Part shown: positions 1-9,584 of the stretch, in pieces | Layout of the letters: every line of letters starts with the position of its first letter | Numbering within the stretch: the stretch's first letter is position 1 | The notes under the pieces: model-generated | Told to the model about the DNA's origin: nothing | The model's input: only the letters and a program-made list of their open reading frames with translations | The model's database searches: none | Position numbers and translations under genes: made by a program | NCBI GenBank assembly: GCA_965222375.1 | Contig: CBDCTZ010000015.1 | Location: forward strand, 1,344,001 to 1,408,000 | Source: Polyangiaceae bacterium | GTDB lineage: Bacteria; Myxococcota_A; Polyangia; Polyangiales; Polyangiaceae | DNA length: 64,000 nucleotides | Reading direction: 5' to 3'

Positions 1-2
1 CC

Positions 3-1925
3 ATTCCAACTGGCAAGTGTCTGCTCAAGCCGCAGCTATGCGCGAGCGGCCAGGCGCCGGATCCGGCAAAGGGTGACATCACCTGCGTTCAGTCGTGCCA
101 GCTGCCCGTAGCCAAGGATCCGTTTACCCTGACCGCGAAGTACAGTTGGGGAAAATACAATGGAGAGACAGCAGAGCCTTTTCCCTACGACATCCGCAAT
201 GCACCCATCGCGATTCAACTGGACGACGACGACTGCGATGGCGCAGTGACTGCGCGAGACATCCCGGAAATCGTGTTCACCGCCAGCCCCTACGACAGCG
301 CAACGCCAAAGAACGGTGACATCCGGGCCATCAGCATCGTCGGCGGCAAGGTCGTCGAGAAGTGGACGCTCAAGAACGGCGGGCACCCCTGGACCTATCT
401 GGCCGCCGGCAATATCGACGGTCTTCCCGGCAACGAGATCGTCGCATGCAACGGAGGGGCGTTGGTGGCGTACTCGGCTGACCCCACGAACGGGAAGGCC
501 ACGCCGAAGCTGAAGTGGACCAGCGCGAAGTTCCCGTGCACTGTGCCCTCGATTGCGGATCTTGATCAGGATGGCATCCCAGAGGTGATCGTGCGCGGGG
601 GCGTCGTCCGCGGTGACACCGGAGCGCCCAAGCTGACGCTGACCGATGGCGGTGCGCCCGCCACCGTCAGCGGCTATCTGGTGGTCAGCGATATCGATGG
701 GGACGGCTTTCTCGACCTAGTCAGCGGCAGTCGCGCCTTCGACCGTACGGGCAAAGCCTTCGCGAATTCGGGCATCGCTGGCAACCACCCAGCGGTGGGA
801 GACCTGAGTTCGCCGCCAGACGGGATCCCCGAGGTCGTGGCGATCGATTGGGGGACGCATACCGTCAACATCTGGCGCTACAAGGCCGGCGCCAAGGACA
901 ACGTGGAGGTCGTGCGCAGTGGCATCGACTTGAACACCTTGCTCGACGCCAACAACTGCGCCCCGAGCAAGAAGGGGCATCTACACGGCGGTGGTCCTCC
1001 CACCATTGCGGACGTCAATGGCGACGGCGTTGCGGACGTCGCTGTTGCAGGCGGAGTGGGCTACGTCGTGCTCGACGGCAAGAAGCTGCTCGACAAGTCC
1101 AAGACCAACGCCCAAGTCTTCTTGTGGGCCAAGGACACGGAGGATTGCTCGTCGGCGCAGACCGGCAGCACCGTCTTCGACTTCGACGGCGATGGCAAAG
1201 TCGAGGTGCTCTACGGCGACGAGGAGCGCTTCCGAATCTACGACGGGCCAACCGGCAACGAGCTTTTCTCCACCTGCAACACCAACGGCACGATCCTCGA
1301 AGCGCCCATCGTGGCCGACGTGGACAACGACGGCCAGGCCGACGTTGTCGTGGTGTCCAACGCGCGCTACGCCCTGTTTTGCGACGGCAGCAAGACCAGT
1401 GGTTTGCGAGTCTTTGGCACCGAAAGCGGCAAGTGGACACGCACGCGTCGGGTCTGGAATCAGCACGCCTATCACGTCACGAACGTGGAAGAGGATGGCA
1501 GCATCCCGAAGAAGGAGCTGCCCAACTACAAGCAGCCCGGACTCAACAACTTCCGACAGAACAAGCAGCCCGGCCTGGAGCGCGCGGGCGCGGATCTAGT
1601 TGCCAACCTCGCCCCGCGCTGCGGCGACAAGACGCTGCAAGCGACGGTCTTCAACTTGGGAGAAGCCCCGGTGCCGGCGGGTGCCACGGTCGCCCTATTC
1701 GAGGGCAGCGCTGGCGGCGGCACCAAGCTAGCAACGCGCACGACGAGCGTGACGCTCTACCCAGCGCAATCCGAGAAGCTCGAGTTTCCTTTCAGCGAAG
1801 TCCCCAACATCGCGAGCGGCAAGAGCCCAGCCTACGTGACGGTGACGCCGCCTTCAGGCAGCTTGGAGTGTCGCGCTGGCAACAATTCGAGCAGCGAAGT
1901 GACGGTCAGCTGTGGCGTGCGCTAG
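3..1925 (+). CDS. FG-GAP/VCBS repeat protein with C-terminal CARDB-like Ig domain (5' truncated by window edge)
   Basis: Frame of ORF 246..1925 is open from position 3. Multiple DxDGDG Ca-binding FG-GAP motifs (ADLDQDGIPE, SDIDGDGFLD, ADVNGDGVAD, FDFDGDGKVE), a WNQHAYHVTN motif, and a C-terminal ATVFNLGEAPVPAG CARDB-like segment. Confidence 0.85.
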   Translation: MPTGKCLLKPQLCASGQAPDPAKGDITCVQSCQLPVAKDPFTLTAKYSWGKYNGETAEPFPYDIRNAPIAIQLDDDDCDGAVTARDIPEIVFTASPYDSATPKNGDIRAISIVGGKVVEKWTLKNGGHPWTYLAAGNIDGLPGNEIVACNGGALVAYSADPTNGKATPKLKWTSAKFPCTVPSIADLDQDGIPEVIVRGGVVRGDTGAPKLTLTDGGAPATVSGYLVVSDIDGDGFLDLVSGSRAFDRTGKAFANSGIAGNHPAVGDLSSPPDGIPEVVAIDWGTHTVNIWRYKAGAKDNVEVVRSGIDLNTLLDANNCAPSKKGHLHGGGPPTIADVNGDGVADVAVAGGVGYVVLDGKKLLDKSKTNAQVFLWAKDTEDCSSAQTGSTVFDFDGDGKVEVLYGDEERFRIYDGPTGNELFSTCNTNGTILEAPIVADVDNDGQADVVVVSNARYALFCDGSKTSGLRVFGTESGKWTRTRRVWNQHAYHVTNVEEDGSIPKKELPNYKQPGLNNFRQNKQPGLERAGADLVANLAPRCGDKTLQATVFNLGEAPVPAGATVALFEGSAGGGTKLATRTTSVTLYPAQSEKLEFPFSEVPNIASGKSPAYVTVTPPSGSLECRAGNNSSSEVTVSCGVR

Positions 1926-2403
1926 CGCCGTGGAACTCGTCGACACGATGCGGCGTCGCCTTGGTTCAAACCAGGCGAGGGCCGAAGTCGGCTCTTGCCA
2001 CTCAACGGCGCCCTCAAAGTCATAGCGTCGACGCTGTCGGCGCCGCATCGCGTCAGAAAAGTGACCTTTCGCAGGGGTTTGTTACGGATATGACGCGTGT
2101 GCGCGCATGTGGGTGCCTGGTCGCCTTTTTGGCAGCGACGCGGGGCGGTGGCTAGGAAACGACCTGAAGAACCCTCGTGCAATTTGCTGAAATGCTTCGT
2201 GTTCCGTCATATTGAAAGCAGTTGAGACAACTCCACGCGCCTCCATTCCGTTACCAACAGAAGCCCGTCGCCCTCTTCTTCGAGGCAAAGCACGGCGGGT
2301 CGGAGGAGGCGCTGACGCCGGGGCAAGAGGTTGGCCAGGGCTTTGCACTGACTTTGCAGTGTCCCGGCAATGCCTGGGCGTGGAGGAAGTTCGGAGGAAT
2401 GCG

Positions 2404-3027
2404 ATGAGCGAAAAGATCGGGCAACCGCCCACCATCGAGTTGGCTGGCAACATCTCGGAGTTCTTCAGCGACGTCGTCGAAAATGCCATGCAAAGTCATG
2501 GGATTGAAGCGACGGAAGCTGCACAGACCTACGTCGTTGCCCTCCTAGCCGACTACGCGCGCCCCGGTCAGCTCTCCGAAGAAACCCTCTCTCGCCCCCT
2601 GACCCTCCTTCTAGACGAGGCGATGCAAGCCACAGGTCACGAGCGTTTCGAGCGCTTACGCACGGTTGGAGACGGCGTGCTCTACGTCAGTGGCTTCTTC
2701 CCAGAGCATCTCGAAAATCGCGGTGTGGAGCGCACCTACGTCAGCGCTCTGGGCTCCCGAGCTTACGAAACGGCCGCGACGATGCTCCGCCGTGGCGGGT
2801 GCGAGTCTTCCGGCCCTGATGTGTTTGCAGAGCTGGCGCAGAAGTTTCGACAGTTCGCCGACCTGCTCGCCGACGTCGCAGTCGCGCTGCAGGCGCGCGC
2901 CGCTCGCACGGATACTGCGGTCGTGAAGCTCTACGAACGCTGGCTCGAAACAGGCTCGGAATCCCTGGCGGACGCACTGACGTCACGAGGAGTCGTTCCG
3001 ACTCGGGGCACAGGTGGTTTGAATTGA
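2404..3027 (+). CDS. Conserved hypothetical protein
   Basis: ATG at 2404 preceded by GGAGGA. 207-aa globular-looking sequence (LRTVGDGVLYVSGFF). Its stop overlaps the next gene's start. Confidence 0.75.
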   Translation: MSEKIGQPPTIELAGNISEFFSDVVENAMQSHGIEATEAAQTYVVALLADYARPGQLSEETLSRPLTLLLDEAMQATGHERFERLRTVGDGVLYVSGFFPEHLENRGVERTYVSALGSRAYETAATMLRRGGCESSGPDVFAELAQKFRQFADLLADVAVALQARAARTDTAVVKLYERWLETGSESLADALTSRGVVPTRGTGGLN

Positions 3028-3611
3028 GTCGCCGTACGCGCACCCTGCACACCATCCAGCGGCGGCTGGAACGCATCTACGGACTGGAGTCGACGCCGAA
3101 CGTCGTCGACTTCGTGCGCACCGCGAACGCCGGTAGCCGCGAGACCTTGCTGCTCCGGCAGGACGAGGAATACCTGGAAATCGCGTTGGTTCTGCCGCCG
3201 GGGGAGCCCAACCAGCGCGCAGAAAGCGGCGCCTGCGATCTGTGGTTTCAGCTTGCCGAAGGGGTGAGCCACTTCGTCTACGTTACGGAGCGTGCGCGCA
3301 CGCAGCTGCCGACAACCAAACTGGAATTGGAGCTGCAAGCGGAAGTGGACAAGTTCGTTCTGCTCGCCAGCGGTCGCGTCGGTATCCGACCGCAAAAGCT
3401 ACGTCTTCGGGAGCGGCTCTACGAACGCGTTTCGTACCTACATGCGCCTGGCACTGAGGACGGCGAACGCTACCGCATGGCCAACGACCTGGCGGCCCGC
3501 TTCGTGTCGCGCTTGATGACGCTTCCGGACCGCAATGCTCGGACCCAGCGCTTGCGACAGTTCTACCGCGCGGGGCAGGCAGACAAGATCCACTTGGCGC
3601 GAGCGGCTTAG
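3024..3611 (+). CDS. Hypothetical protein, translationally coupled to the upstream gene
   Basis: TTGA overlap with the previous stop; 195 aa; EGVSHFVY..LELELQAEVDKF motif. Confidence 0.7.
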   Translation: MSRRTRTLHTIQRRLERIYGLESTPNVVDFVRTANAGSRETLLLRQDEEYLEIALVLPPGEPNQRAESGACDLWFQLAEGVSHFVYVTERARTQLPTTKLELELQAEVDKFVLLASGRVGIRPQKLRLRERLYERVSYLHAPGTEDGERYRMANDLAARFVSRLMTLPDRNARTQRLRQFYRAGQADKIHLARAA

Positions 3612-4159
3612 TCAGACTTGGCGCAGCTGCAGCCGGACTGATCGACGCGGGTCGTGGCGCTCTCCACGCGCTTGCGCGCACGCGTGCAACGTGAGTCCTC
3701 GCTGCTGGTGATCTCACAGATGCGCTCCGCGCTGCGCTGCATGGATGCGAGCGCCTTGCAAATGGTGTCGCAGGAGGGCGCTACGCTTTTTGTCTGCGCC
3801 GTCGCGCCGCCCATGGGCCCACGACTGGCAGGCTTCGGCTTGACGGGAGCGGGCTGCCCGCCGGGTGGTGGTTGCTCGGTGGGCGCTTCGGGGGCTGCGG
3901 TCTCTTCCGCGGGCTGGTCCACTCCGCGGCCCTCGCCGTCCGTCGTCGTTGTCACGTTCGGCCCCGGCCCGAGCTGAGCGTTCAACTGCCGCTCCGCCGC
4001 GGCTAGCTGGCTCTCCAGCTCGTCCACGTTGGTGGACATGGAATCCACCGCAGGCGCCCCCGTCGGATCGACCTTCCCCGGCGAAGCCGGAGGCGCTTTC
4101 TGAGCACAGGCGCACAGGGCACCCGCCGCCCACAGGCAAGCAAAACGATGGATTTTCAC
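3608..4159 (-). CDS. Hypothetical lipoprotein with Cys-containing helical C-terminus
   Basis: Probable GTG start at 4159; lipobox-like ALCAC; Pro-rich linker; CxxxC..C..C..C terminal domain. Confidence 0.65.
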   Translation of the reverse strand: MKIHRFACLWAAGALCACAQKAPPASPGKVDPTGAPAVDSMSTNVDELESQLAAAERQLNAQLGPGPNVTTTTDGEGRGVDQPAEETAAPEAPTEQPPPGGQPAPVKPKPASRGPMGGATAQTKSVAPSCDTICKALASMQRSAERICEITSSEDSRCTRARKRVESATTRVDQSGCSCAKSD

Positions 4160-4461
4160 GTGTCTAAAGCAAAACGCCCACATCCCACAGCAGCTTACAC
4201 CCGCGCCAGCCGCTTGCTCCCCGAATCAGCCGCGGAATTCAGCCACCCATTCAACCACGGAATCACCTCCCCAGCCTACCCTCCCGGGAAGCTCGAGTCG
4301 GATGCGCCGGTTTTGCGAGCACCGAGTCCGCGAGGTCCCGATGCGGCGCAGCTGCCGAAGGTCACCGGACCGGAGCGTATTGAGTACGCGAGGACCGGAA
4401 GCGCAGGGACAAGCCGTGCAGACAGCCGAGAGCCCTGGGAGTCGCCACCGGACGCCACCAC

Positions 4462-4761
4462 TCAGCTGTTCGGAGTGCGGACTTCTATGCCGGTGGTCTC
4501 GATGCCTGTTGTCTCGATGGCGGCGGGCTGCTGCGCCGACTTCAAGCGGTAGCTCCGCACGGCCATGAACAGCGACGTTGCGGACGCTGCGGCGATGGCA
4601 AGGTCATCCAGCCAGCCGATGATGACCATGATGTCGGGAACGAGATCGACGGGCGAGATCACATACAGGACCGCGAACAACATGAACAGCTTCGCGAAGG
4701 GCGAAGCCCGATGATCGAGAAAGAACTGGGCTAGAGAGGGAACCGAACGCTTTTCCGCCAT
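4462..4761 (-). CDS. YkvA/DUF1232 family membrane protein
   Basis: YVISPVDLVPDI..IGWLDD signature. Confidence 0.85.
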   Translation of the reverse strand: MAEKRSVPSLAQFFLDHRASPFAKLFMLFAVLYVISPVDLVPDIMVIIGWLDDLAIAAASATSLFMAVRSYRLKSAQQPAAIETTGIETTGIEVRTPNS

Positions 4762-4833
4762 GACTTAGTCAAGGTAAGTCGTTTTTTGGCCTAGTAAAGG
4801 GCGAAAACTTTCGACATTTGTTCAGGTGTTTTT

Positions 4834-6102
4834 CTAGCGGGGCGGCAGGTTCTGGGTCGCGCAGCCAAAAACCACGTCGACCTTGCCCTTGGTAACGGCG
4901 GTGATCTTGTTGCACGTCGTGGGGCACGCCTTGATCGATTTCGGCGCGGCGTTGTTGTCGTAATACCAACCACCGAGCTTCGCATCGCAAGCGCTGGCGT
5001 CGTTGACGTGGAACACGGTTTCACTCGTTCCGGCGTCTTGATCGACGAAGTCGACGTTGACCTTGTTCGGGTCGAGATTCTGGCCCGCCGGCGGTGCCGG
5101 GATGGACCACTCGCAGGTGAGCTTCTGGCTGCCTTGAATGATCTTGGTCGCCAGCTCGTTGAACACCTTCTGAAATGTCTGGGCGCATTGGGTGGGCTGG
5201 CCGGGCGGGCAGCTACAGATGTCTCCGTGCACGCCACCCGTCTTGGTGACGATGTCCTTCCAGACCTTCCCGACCGCCGCTGCGTTGGGGCATTGGGTGA
5301 AGGAATAGATCGCGGAGAGCTTCCAAGCTGGGTTGCCCGAGGCGTCCGCCATGATCGGGTCGAGGGCCGTGAAGTCCTTGATGAATAGATCGGGGTTGTT
5401 GTCATAGGGCCCGGGATCGCCGGTGCCGCCGGAGCCCGTACCCGTGCGCGAATCGTCGTCGGTCACCACCACCACGTACTTGAGCGAGTTCGGGCGCAGC
5501 ATCTGTTTGTACTGCGGATAGAGCCAGACCAGTTGCTTGGCCGCGTCCGTGCTGTCGATGAGGACGTTTGGGTGATGAAAGAAGTTCGGTAGCTTGGTGT
5601 CGGAGCCCGCGGGTGGGCACTGACCCGAACCAAGCGGCGCCGGGATGCAGATCCCGGGCAATACCAGGAACTGATACGAAGCCAGCATCGTGACTTGCAC
5701 GTCGATGCCGGAAGCGACGATCTGCTGACTGAACTTGTTGAGGTTGGCCTGAACCGCAGCCGTTTCCTCGACCATGCTGCAGGACGTATCGACGGCCCAG
5801 ATGATATCCGCGGGTTCGAAAAGTTCCTTGGCTTCCTGGGTGTAGGTCTGACAGGCAGCATCTCCAGGATCAGTGCTACCCCCGGTGCCGCTGCCGCCAT
5901 CGAGGTTGATACCAGCGCCGCTGCCACCGACGCCGGTTGCACCCGACCCACCCGAGCCAATCACGCCACCGCCCACTCCGGAGCCTCCGCTGCCGGTACT
6001 GCCCCCGGAGCCGTCTCCGCTCGCGGCCGCTGAACAGGCCGCTGCCAGAGACACCGCGCCGAGCACTGAGCCAAACTGTTTCAAGCTAATCGGGATGCGC
6101 AT
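4834..6102 (-). CDS. Myxobacterial vWA-domain lipoprotein (CglB-like family)
   Basis: ATG at 6102 with GGAGAGG RBS; LAAAC lipobox; Gly linker; MIDAS DTSCSM and VVVTDDD; C-terminal LDPNKVNV..GWYYD..C..C..FGC domain. Confidence 0.8.
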   Translation of the reverse strand: MRIPISLKQFGSVLGAVSLAAACSAAASGDGSGGSTGSGGSGVGGGVIGSGGSGATGVGGSGAGINLDGGSGTGGSTDPGDAACQTYTQEAKELFEPADIIWAVDTSCSMVEETAAVQANLNKFSQQIVASGIDVQVTMLASYQFLVLPGICIPAPLGSGQCPPAGSDTKLPNFFHHPNVLIDSTDAAKQLVWLYPQYKQMLRPNSLKYVVVVTDDDSRTGTGSGGTGDPGPYDNNPDLFIKDFTALDPIMADASGNPAWKLSAIYSFTQCPNAAAVGKVWKDIVTKTGGVHGDICSCPPGQPTQCAQTFQKVFNELATKIIQGSQKLTCEWSIPAPPAGQNLDPNKVNVDFVDQDAGTSETVFHVNDASACDAKLGGWYYDNNAAPKSIKACPTTCNKITAVTKGKVDVVFGCATQNLPPR

Positions 6103-6127
6103 GAGGGACCTCTCCGTCCACTCAGGG

Positions 6128-6144
6128 AGCAAGCTCTGCGCCAG
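6128..6144 (-). promoter_or_regulatory. sigma54 (-24/-12) promoter
   Basis: Minus strand CTGGCGCAGAGCTTGCT, GG-N10-GC, about 26 bp upstream of the ATG at 6102. Confidence 0.65.
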
Positions 6145-6327
6145 CCCAAATCCCAGCGGATCCCCCCCGAAAATGCTGGGAAAAGCAGGGGCGAGATTCC
6201 GACGAAACCAGCTCGTTCCGGATTCCATCCGATATCTGTCCGGAATTGGGGGCCACGAATGGCCGAACAGGTGCCGCTCCTAGCGAAGGCGACCCGAGGG
6301 CGGCGCGGCCCATCACGAGCCCCAACC

Positions 6328-6512
6328 CAGTGTTGCACCGGCAACTCAGAAACTGCCGCCCCAAGCAGGGCACCCATCCAGTGTTGCGGACGCAACTCTG
6401 AAACTGCCGCCCCAAGCAGGGCACCCATCCAGTGTTGCGGACGCAACTCTGAAACGACGACCACAAGGGGCCTTTCCTCGCACTAGTTCAGAGTTGCACG
6501 CGCAACTCTGAA
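6328..6512. repeat. 51-bp tandem repeat (~2.5 units) plus a fourth palindromic copy
   Basis: Unit CAGTGTTGCGGACGCAACTCTGAAACTGCCGCCCCAAGCAGGGCACCCATC starts at 6328 (variant), 6379 and 6430 (partial). Perfect inverted repeat TTCAGAGTTGC-ACGC-GCAACTCTGAA at 6487-6512. Confidence 0.9.
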
Positions 6513-6521
6513 GCGACGGCC

Positions 6522-7691
6522 TCAGAGGCCCATCAACTTCGCCAAGTAGTAAGTCATGGTCTCGCTGGTGCCGCCGCCGATCTTCAGCAGGCGAGCGTCG
6601 CGCCAGGCTCGGGCGATCGGGTACTCCTCGATATAGCCCCAGCCGCCGTGGAACTGCATACAGGTATCGGCAATTTCCGCGACCAGGTCTCCAGCGACGA
6701 TCTTCGCCATGCTGATCAGCTTCACCGTTTCGAAAGAGACGTTCTCCTTCTTGACGTACTTTTCGTGATTGAACTGATCCGTCACCCGGTCCACGAAAGC
6801 CTGCGCCATCTCGAGCTTCGTGTACATGTTCACGAACTTGTGCTGCCACACCTCGCGCTTGATAATCGGTTTACCAAAGGCGACACGCTCTTCACCGTAC
6901 TTGCGGGAGTAGTCGACCACCATCCGAGAACCGGCCAGGCCGCTCACGGATCCGATCAGGCGCTCGCTCTGGAAGTTCTGCATCAAGTACATGAAGCCCA
7001 TGCCCTCTTCACCGAGCCGGTAGCGCTCGGGAATGCGTACGTCTTCTAAGAACAACTCCGCGGTGTCCGATGCGTGATTGCCCACCTTTTCTAGCCTGCG
7101 TCCGACTCGAAAACCCTTCTCCTTGGTGGGTACCAAGAAGAACGTGCAGCCGTGGGAACCTGTGTCGGGATCCGTCTTCACCAGCATCGTGATGAAGTCT
7201 GCGCGAGCTCCGTTGGTGATGAACGTCTTCTGACCGTTGATGATGTAGTCGCTTCCGTCCTTCTTCGCGTAGGTGCGAATACCGGCGACATCGCTGCCAG
7301 CGCCGGGTTCGGAAACACCAATGGAGGCGATCTTGTCCCCGGTCATGGCCGGCTTCAAGAACTCCTCGATCTGCTCCTTGGTGCCGAGATCGCTGATGAC
7401 CGGCGTGGCCATGTCGCTCTGAACCAAGAGCGCCATGGTGACCCCTGCAGAGCGACCACGCGGGAGCTCCTGTGCCTTGGCGACCGAAAACCAATAGTCA
7501 CCCCCCGCTCCACCGTGCTCTTCGGGGTACTGCGCGCCGAAGATCCCCAACGCCCCCGCCTTTTTGAACAGCTCGCTTGGAAAGTCCTTTTGCGCCTCCC
7601 ACTCGTCCGCGTAAGGCGCGATTTCCTTCTCGGTGAACTGCCGAACGGACTGGCGAAAATGATCGTGCTCTTCGGTGTAGGGATTGAACAT
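6522..7691 (-). CDS. Acyl-CoA dehydrogenase
   Basis: SEPGAGSD, INGQKTFITNG, FGKPI, QFHGGWGYIEEYPIARAWRDARLLKIGGGTSE motifs; start MFNPY at 7691. Confidence 0.95.
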   Translation of the reverse strand: MFNPYTEEHDHFRQSVRQFTEKEIAPYADEWEAQKDFPSELFKKAGALGIFGAQYPEEHGGAGGDYWFSVAKAQELPRGRSAGVTMALLVQSDMATPVISDLGTKEQIEEFLKPAMTGDKIASIGVSEPGAGSDVAGIRTYAKKDGSDYIINGQKTFITNGARADFITMLVKTDPDTGSHGCTFFLVPTKEKGFRVGRRLEKVGNHASDTAELFLEDVRIPERYRLGEEGMGFMYLMQNFQSERLIGSVSGLAGSRMVVDYSRKYGEERVAFGKPIIKREVWQHKFVNMYTKLEMAQAFVDRVTDQFNHEKYVKKENVSFETVKLISMAKIVAGDLVAEIADTCMQFHGGWGYIEEYPIARAWRDARLLKIGGGTSETMTYYLAKLMGL

Positions 7692-7846
7692 GGGGGCTGC
7701 CTCGTTGGTGCGGCTGGGATTCGCCGACGGTGGATTAATTCGTACACGAAACAATTCGGGACGCAACGCGCAGCGCTAGAGTCGTAAATAGTTGAAATTA
7801 TTGACTTTGCTTCACGACGGCGGATCCGGCCAACTTCGCTTCCGCT

Positions 7847-8311
7847 ATGCTGTCGGGCGTGAAGGCCTCATTTCGACCCCTCCGCGGCGCGGCGAGTCTG
7901 ATCCCATTTCTAGCGCTCGGCGTCGTGGGTTGTGGTCCGAGCGAGGCTCGAGATCCCGGAGACGTGCTGGGCAATTGGCGGCAGCACAATGGTGTCGACG
8001 GCCGCACCGGGTCGAGCGCAGAAACACCCGCTGCAGGTGCAGCGCAGGTCGCAACACGAAAGGAATGCCAAGCTGCATCCACACGAATCGAGACCTTGGC
8101 GCTCGAACTGGCCGTGGCCGAAGAGGGCGACGCCGAGAAGCGAAAGCAGCTGGAGAGCCGCGCGCAGAAAGAGTTGCAGAGCGACGCCTTCAAGCAGCGC
8201 GTACAAGACCAAACCGAGGGCTGCTTGGGCCGCGAAACCACAGCTGCGGAAGCTCGCTGCATCGCCAAGATCCGAAACCAACAGGACTTGGATCGCTGTT
8301 CTGCGCGCTGA
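7847..8311 (+). CDS. Hypothetical lipoprotein
   Basis: LALGVVGC lipobox; helical domain with paired Cys. Confidence 0.65.
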   Translation: MLSGVKASFRPLRGAASLIPFLALGVVGCGPSEARDPGDVLGNWRQHNGVDGRTGSSAETPAAGAAQVATRKECQAASTRIETLALELAVAEEGDAEKRKQLESRAQKELQSDAFKQRVQDQTEGCLGRETTAAEARCIAKIRNQQDLDRCSAR

Positions 8312-8395
8312 AAGCACCACGACAACTACATCCGCCTACCTAACGATGCCAGTCCCTCGACGGGCGTGTGGCCGCATGAGAAGATTCGTAGGTTC

Positions 8396-9272
8396 ATGCG
8401 TCTTCTCTTGGTGGCACTCCCCATCGCGATCTCGGCCTGCGGGACTGGCGCGGGATTTCGACCAGTACAACGAAGGCGTCGCGGGTTCGCCCGCTGGTGC
8501 CGGCTCAGGTGGAGCGAGCGCAGGCGCTGGCGGCGCCGCCGGTTCTGCAGCTGGAGCCGGGGGAACCGTGAACACGGGTGGCGCCAGCACGGGAGGGGGC
8601 AATAGTGGAGGAGCAGGAAATGCCGCAGGCGCCAGCAGCGGCGGCACGGGCAACTCCGGCGGCGCCAGTACCGGAGGCGGCGCCAATGCCGGTGGGGGCG
8701 GAGCTACGGGTGGCACCGGTGGCGGCGTGGTCCAGAAGTGCGGCAACGGCAAGCTCGACGACGGCGAAGAGTGCGACGACGGAGCCCAGGCCGACGGCGA
8801 CGGTTGTAACTCGAACTGTCGAGTCACTTGCTCGGACTTCGACGCCAAGGAGTTCGTCAGCGGCGGACGCTTACACTGCTACGTGTACAGCTCCACTGGC
8901 GCGTCGTGGCCAAAAGCCGTGGACCTCTGCGCCGCCATCAAGGGCAGTCATCTGGTGACCATCAAAGACACGGCCGAAAACAACTTCGTCGCGTCCCTCG
9001 CGACGAACCCCGGTCGATTCTGGATCGGGTTGACGGACGGGCAGCCGATCTCATCCGCGGTGGGCTCGACGTTCAAGTGGATCACCGGCGAAGCGAATAC
9101 GTTCCAAGCGTGGGCATCGGGCCAGCCCAACCATGCACTGGTTGCCTGCTCTGGGGGCGCGCTTTGCTATGAGCACCGCGCCAGCATGCTTGCCTCGGGA
9201 ACCTGGAGCGATCGCACCGAATCCGAGGTGAACCCATTCATCTGCGAGTGGGAGCCTCCGCCAAGCAGCTAG
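8396..9272 (+). pseudogene. C-type lectin-domain lipoprotein with myxobacterial Cys-rich (CGNG..EECDDG) repeat; apparent +1 frameshift at ~8441-8443
   Basis: Signal peptide MRLLLVALPIAISAC is in one frame. The body (GLARDFDQY.. Gly linker, CGNGKLDDGEECDDG, HLVTI..EN, FWIGL, WASGQPN, FICEWE) is in another. Removing one G from GGG joins them. Confidence 0.7.
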
Positions 9273-9315
9273 CTACGCCTTCCAGTTCATTCCTCCACGC
9301 GTTCGAGTGTCGCCA

Positions 9316-9482
9316 CCACGCAACTGGATCGCAGAGCGACCGACCTAGCCCGCACACACTGCCCGCCCAAAGCATGGGGGTGGGCAAGGTGGGGACTGGC
9401 AACCCGCCACGCAACTCGCTCCCAGAGCGACCGACCTAGCCCGCACACACTGCCCGCCCAAAGCATGGGGGTGGGCAAGGTG
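9316..9482. repeat. 91-bp-spaced direct repeat (2 copies) with hairpin
   Basis: CAGAGCGACCGACCTAGCCCGCACACACTGCCCGCCCAAAGCATGGGGGTGGGCAAGGTG at 9332 and 9423. Confidence 0.9.
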
Positions 9483-9584
9483 AGGTTTTGGGGGTGGGGT
9501 CGGGGCATTGGGGCGGCGCGGCCACTACTCCCGTGCGAGGCCTCAAGTTGCGCTGCGAGCTTCCGTTCCGTCACTTCGTAAGGC

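Noticed and set aside
848..2155. Long alternative-frame and antisense ORFs (also 32004..33221, 42832..44178, 33901..34968 and others)
   Set aside because: Shadow ORFs of high-GC3 genes; they overlap well-supported CDS and lack motifs.
6328..6455. Possible CRISPR array
   Set aside because: The units are whole tandem duplicates without unique spacers, and no cas genes are present in the window.
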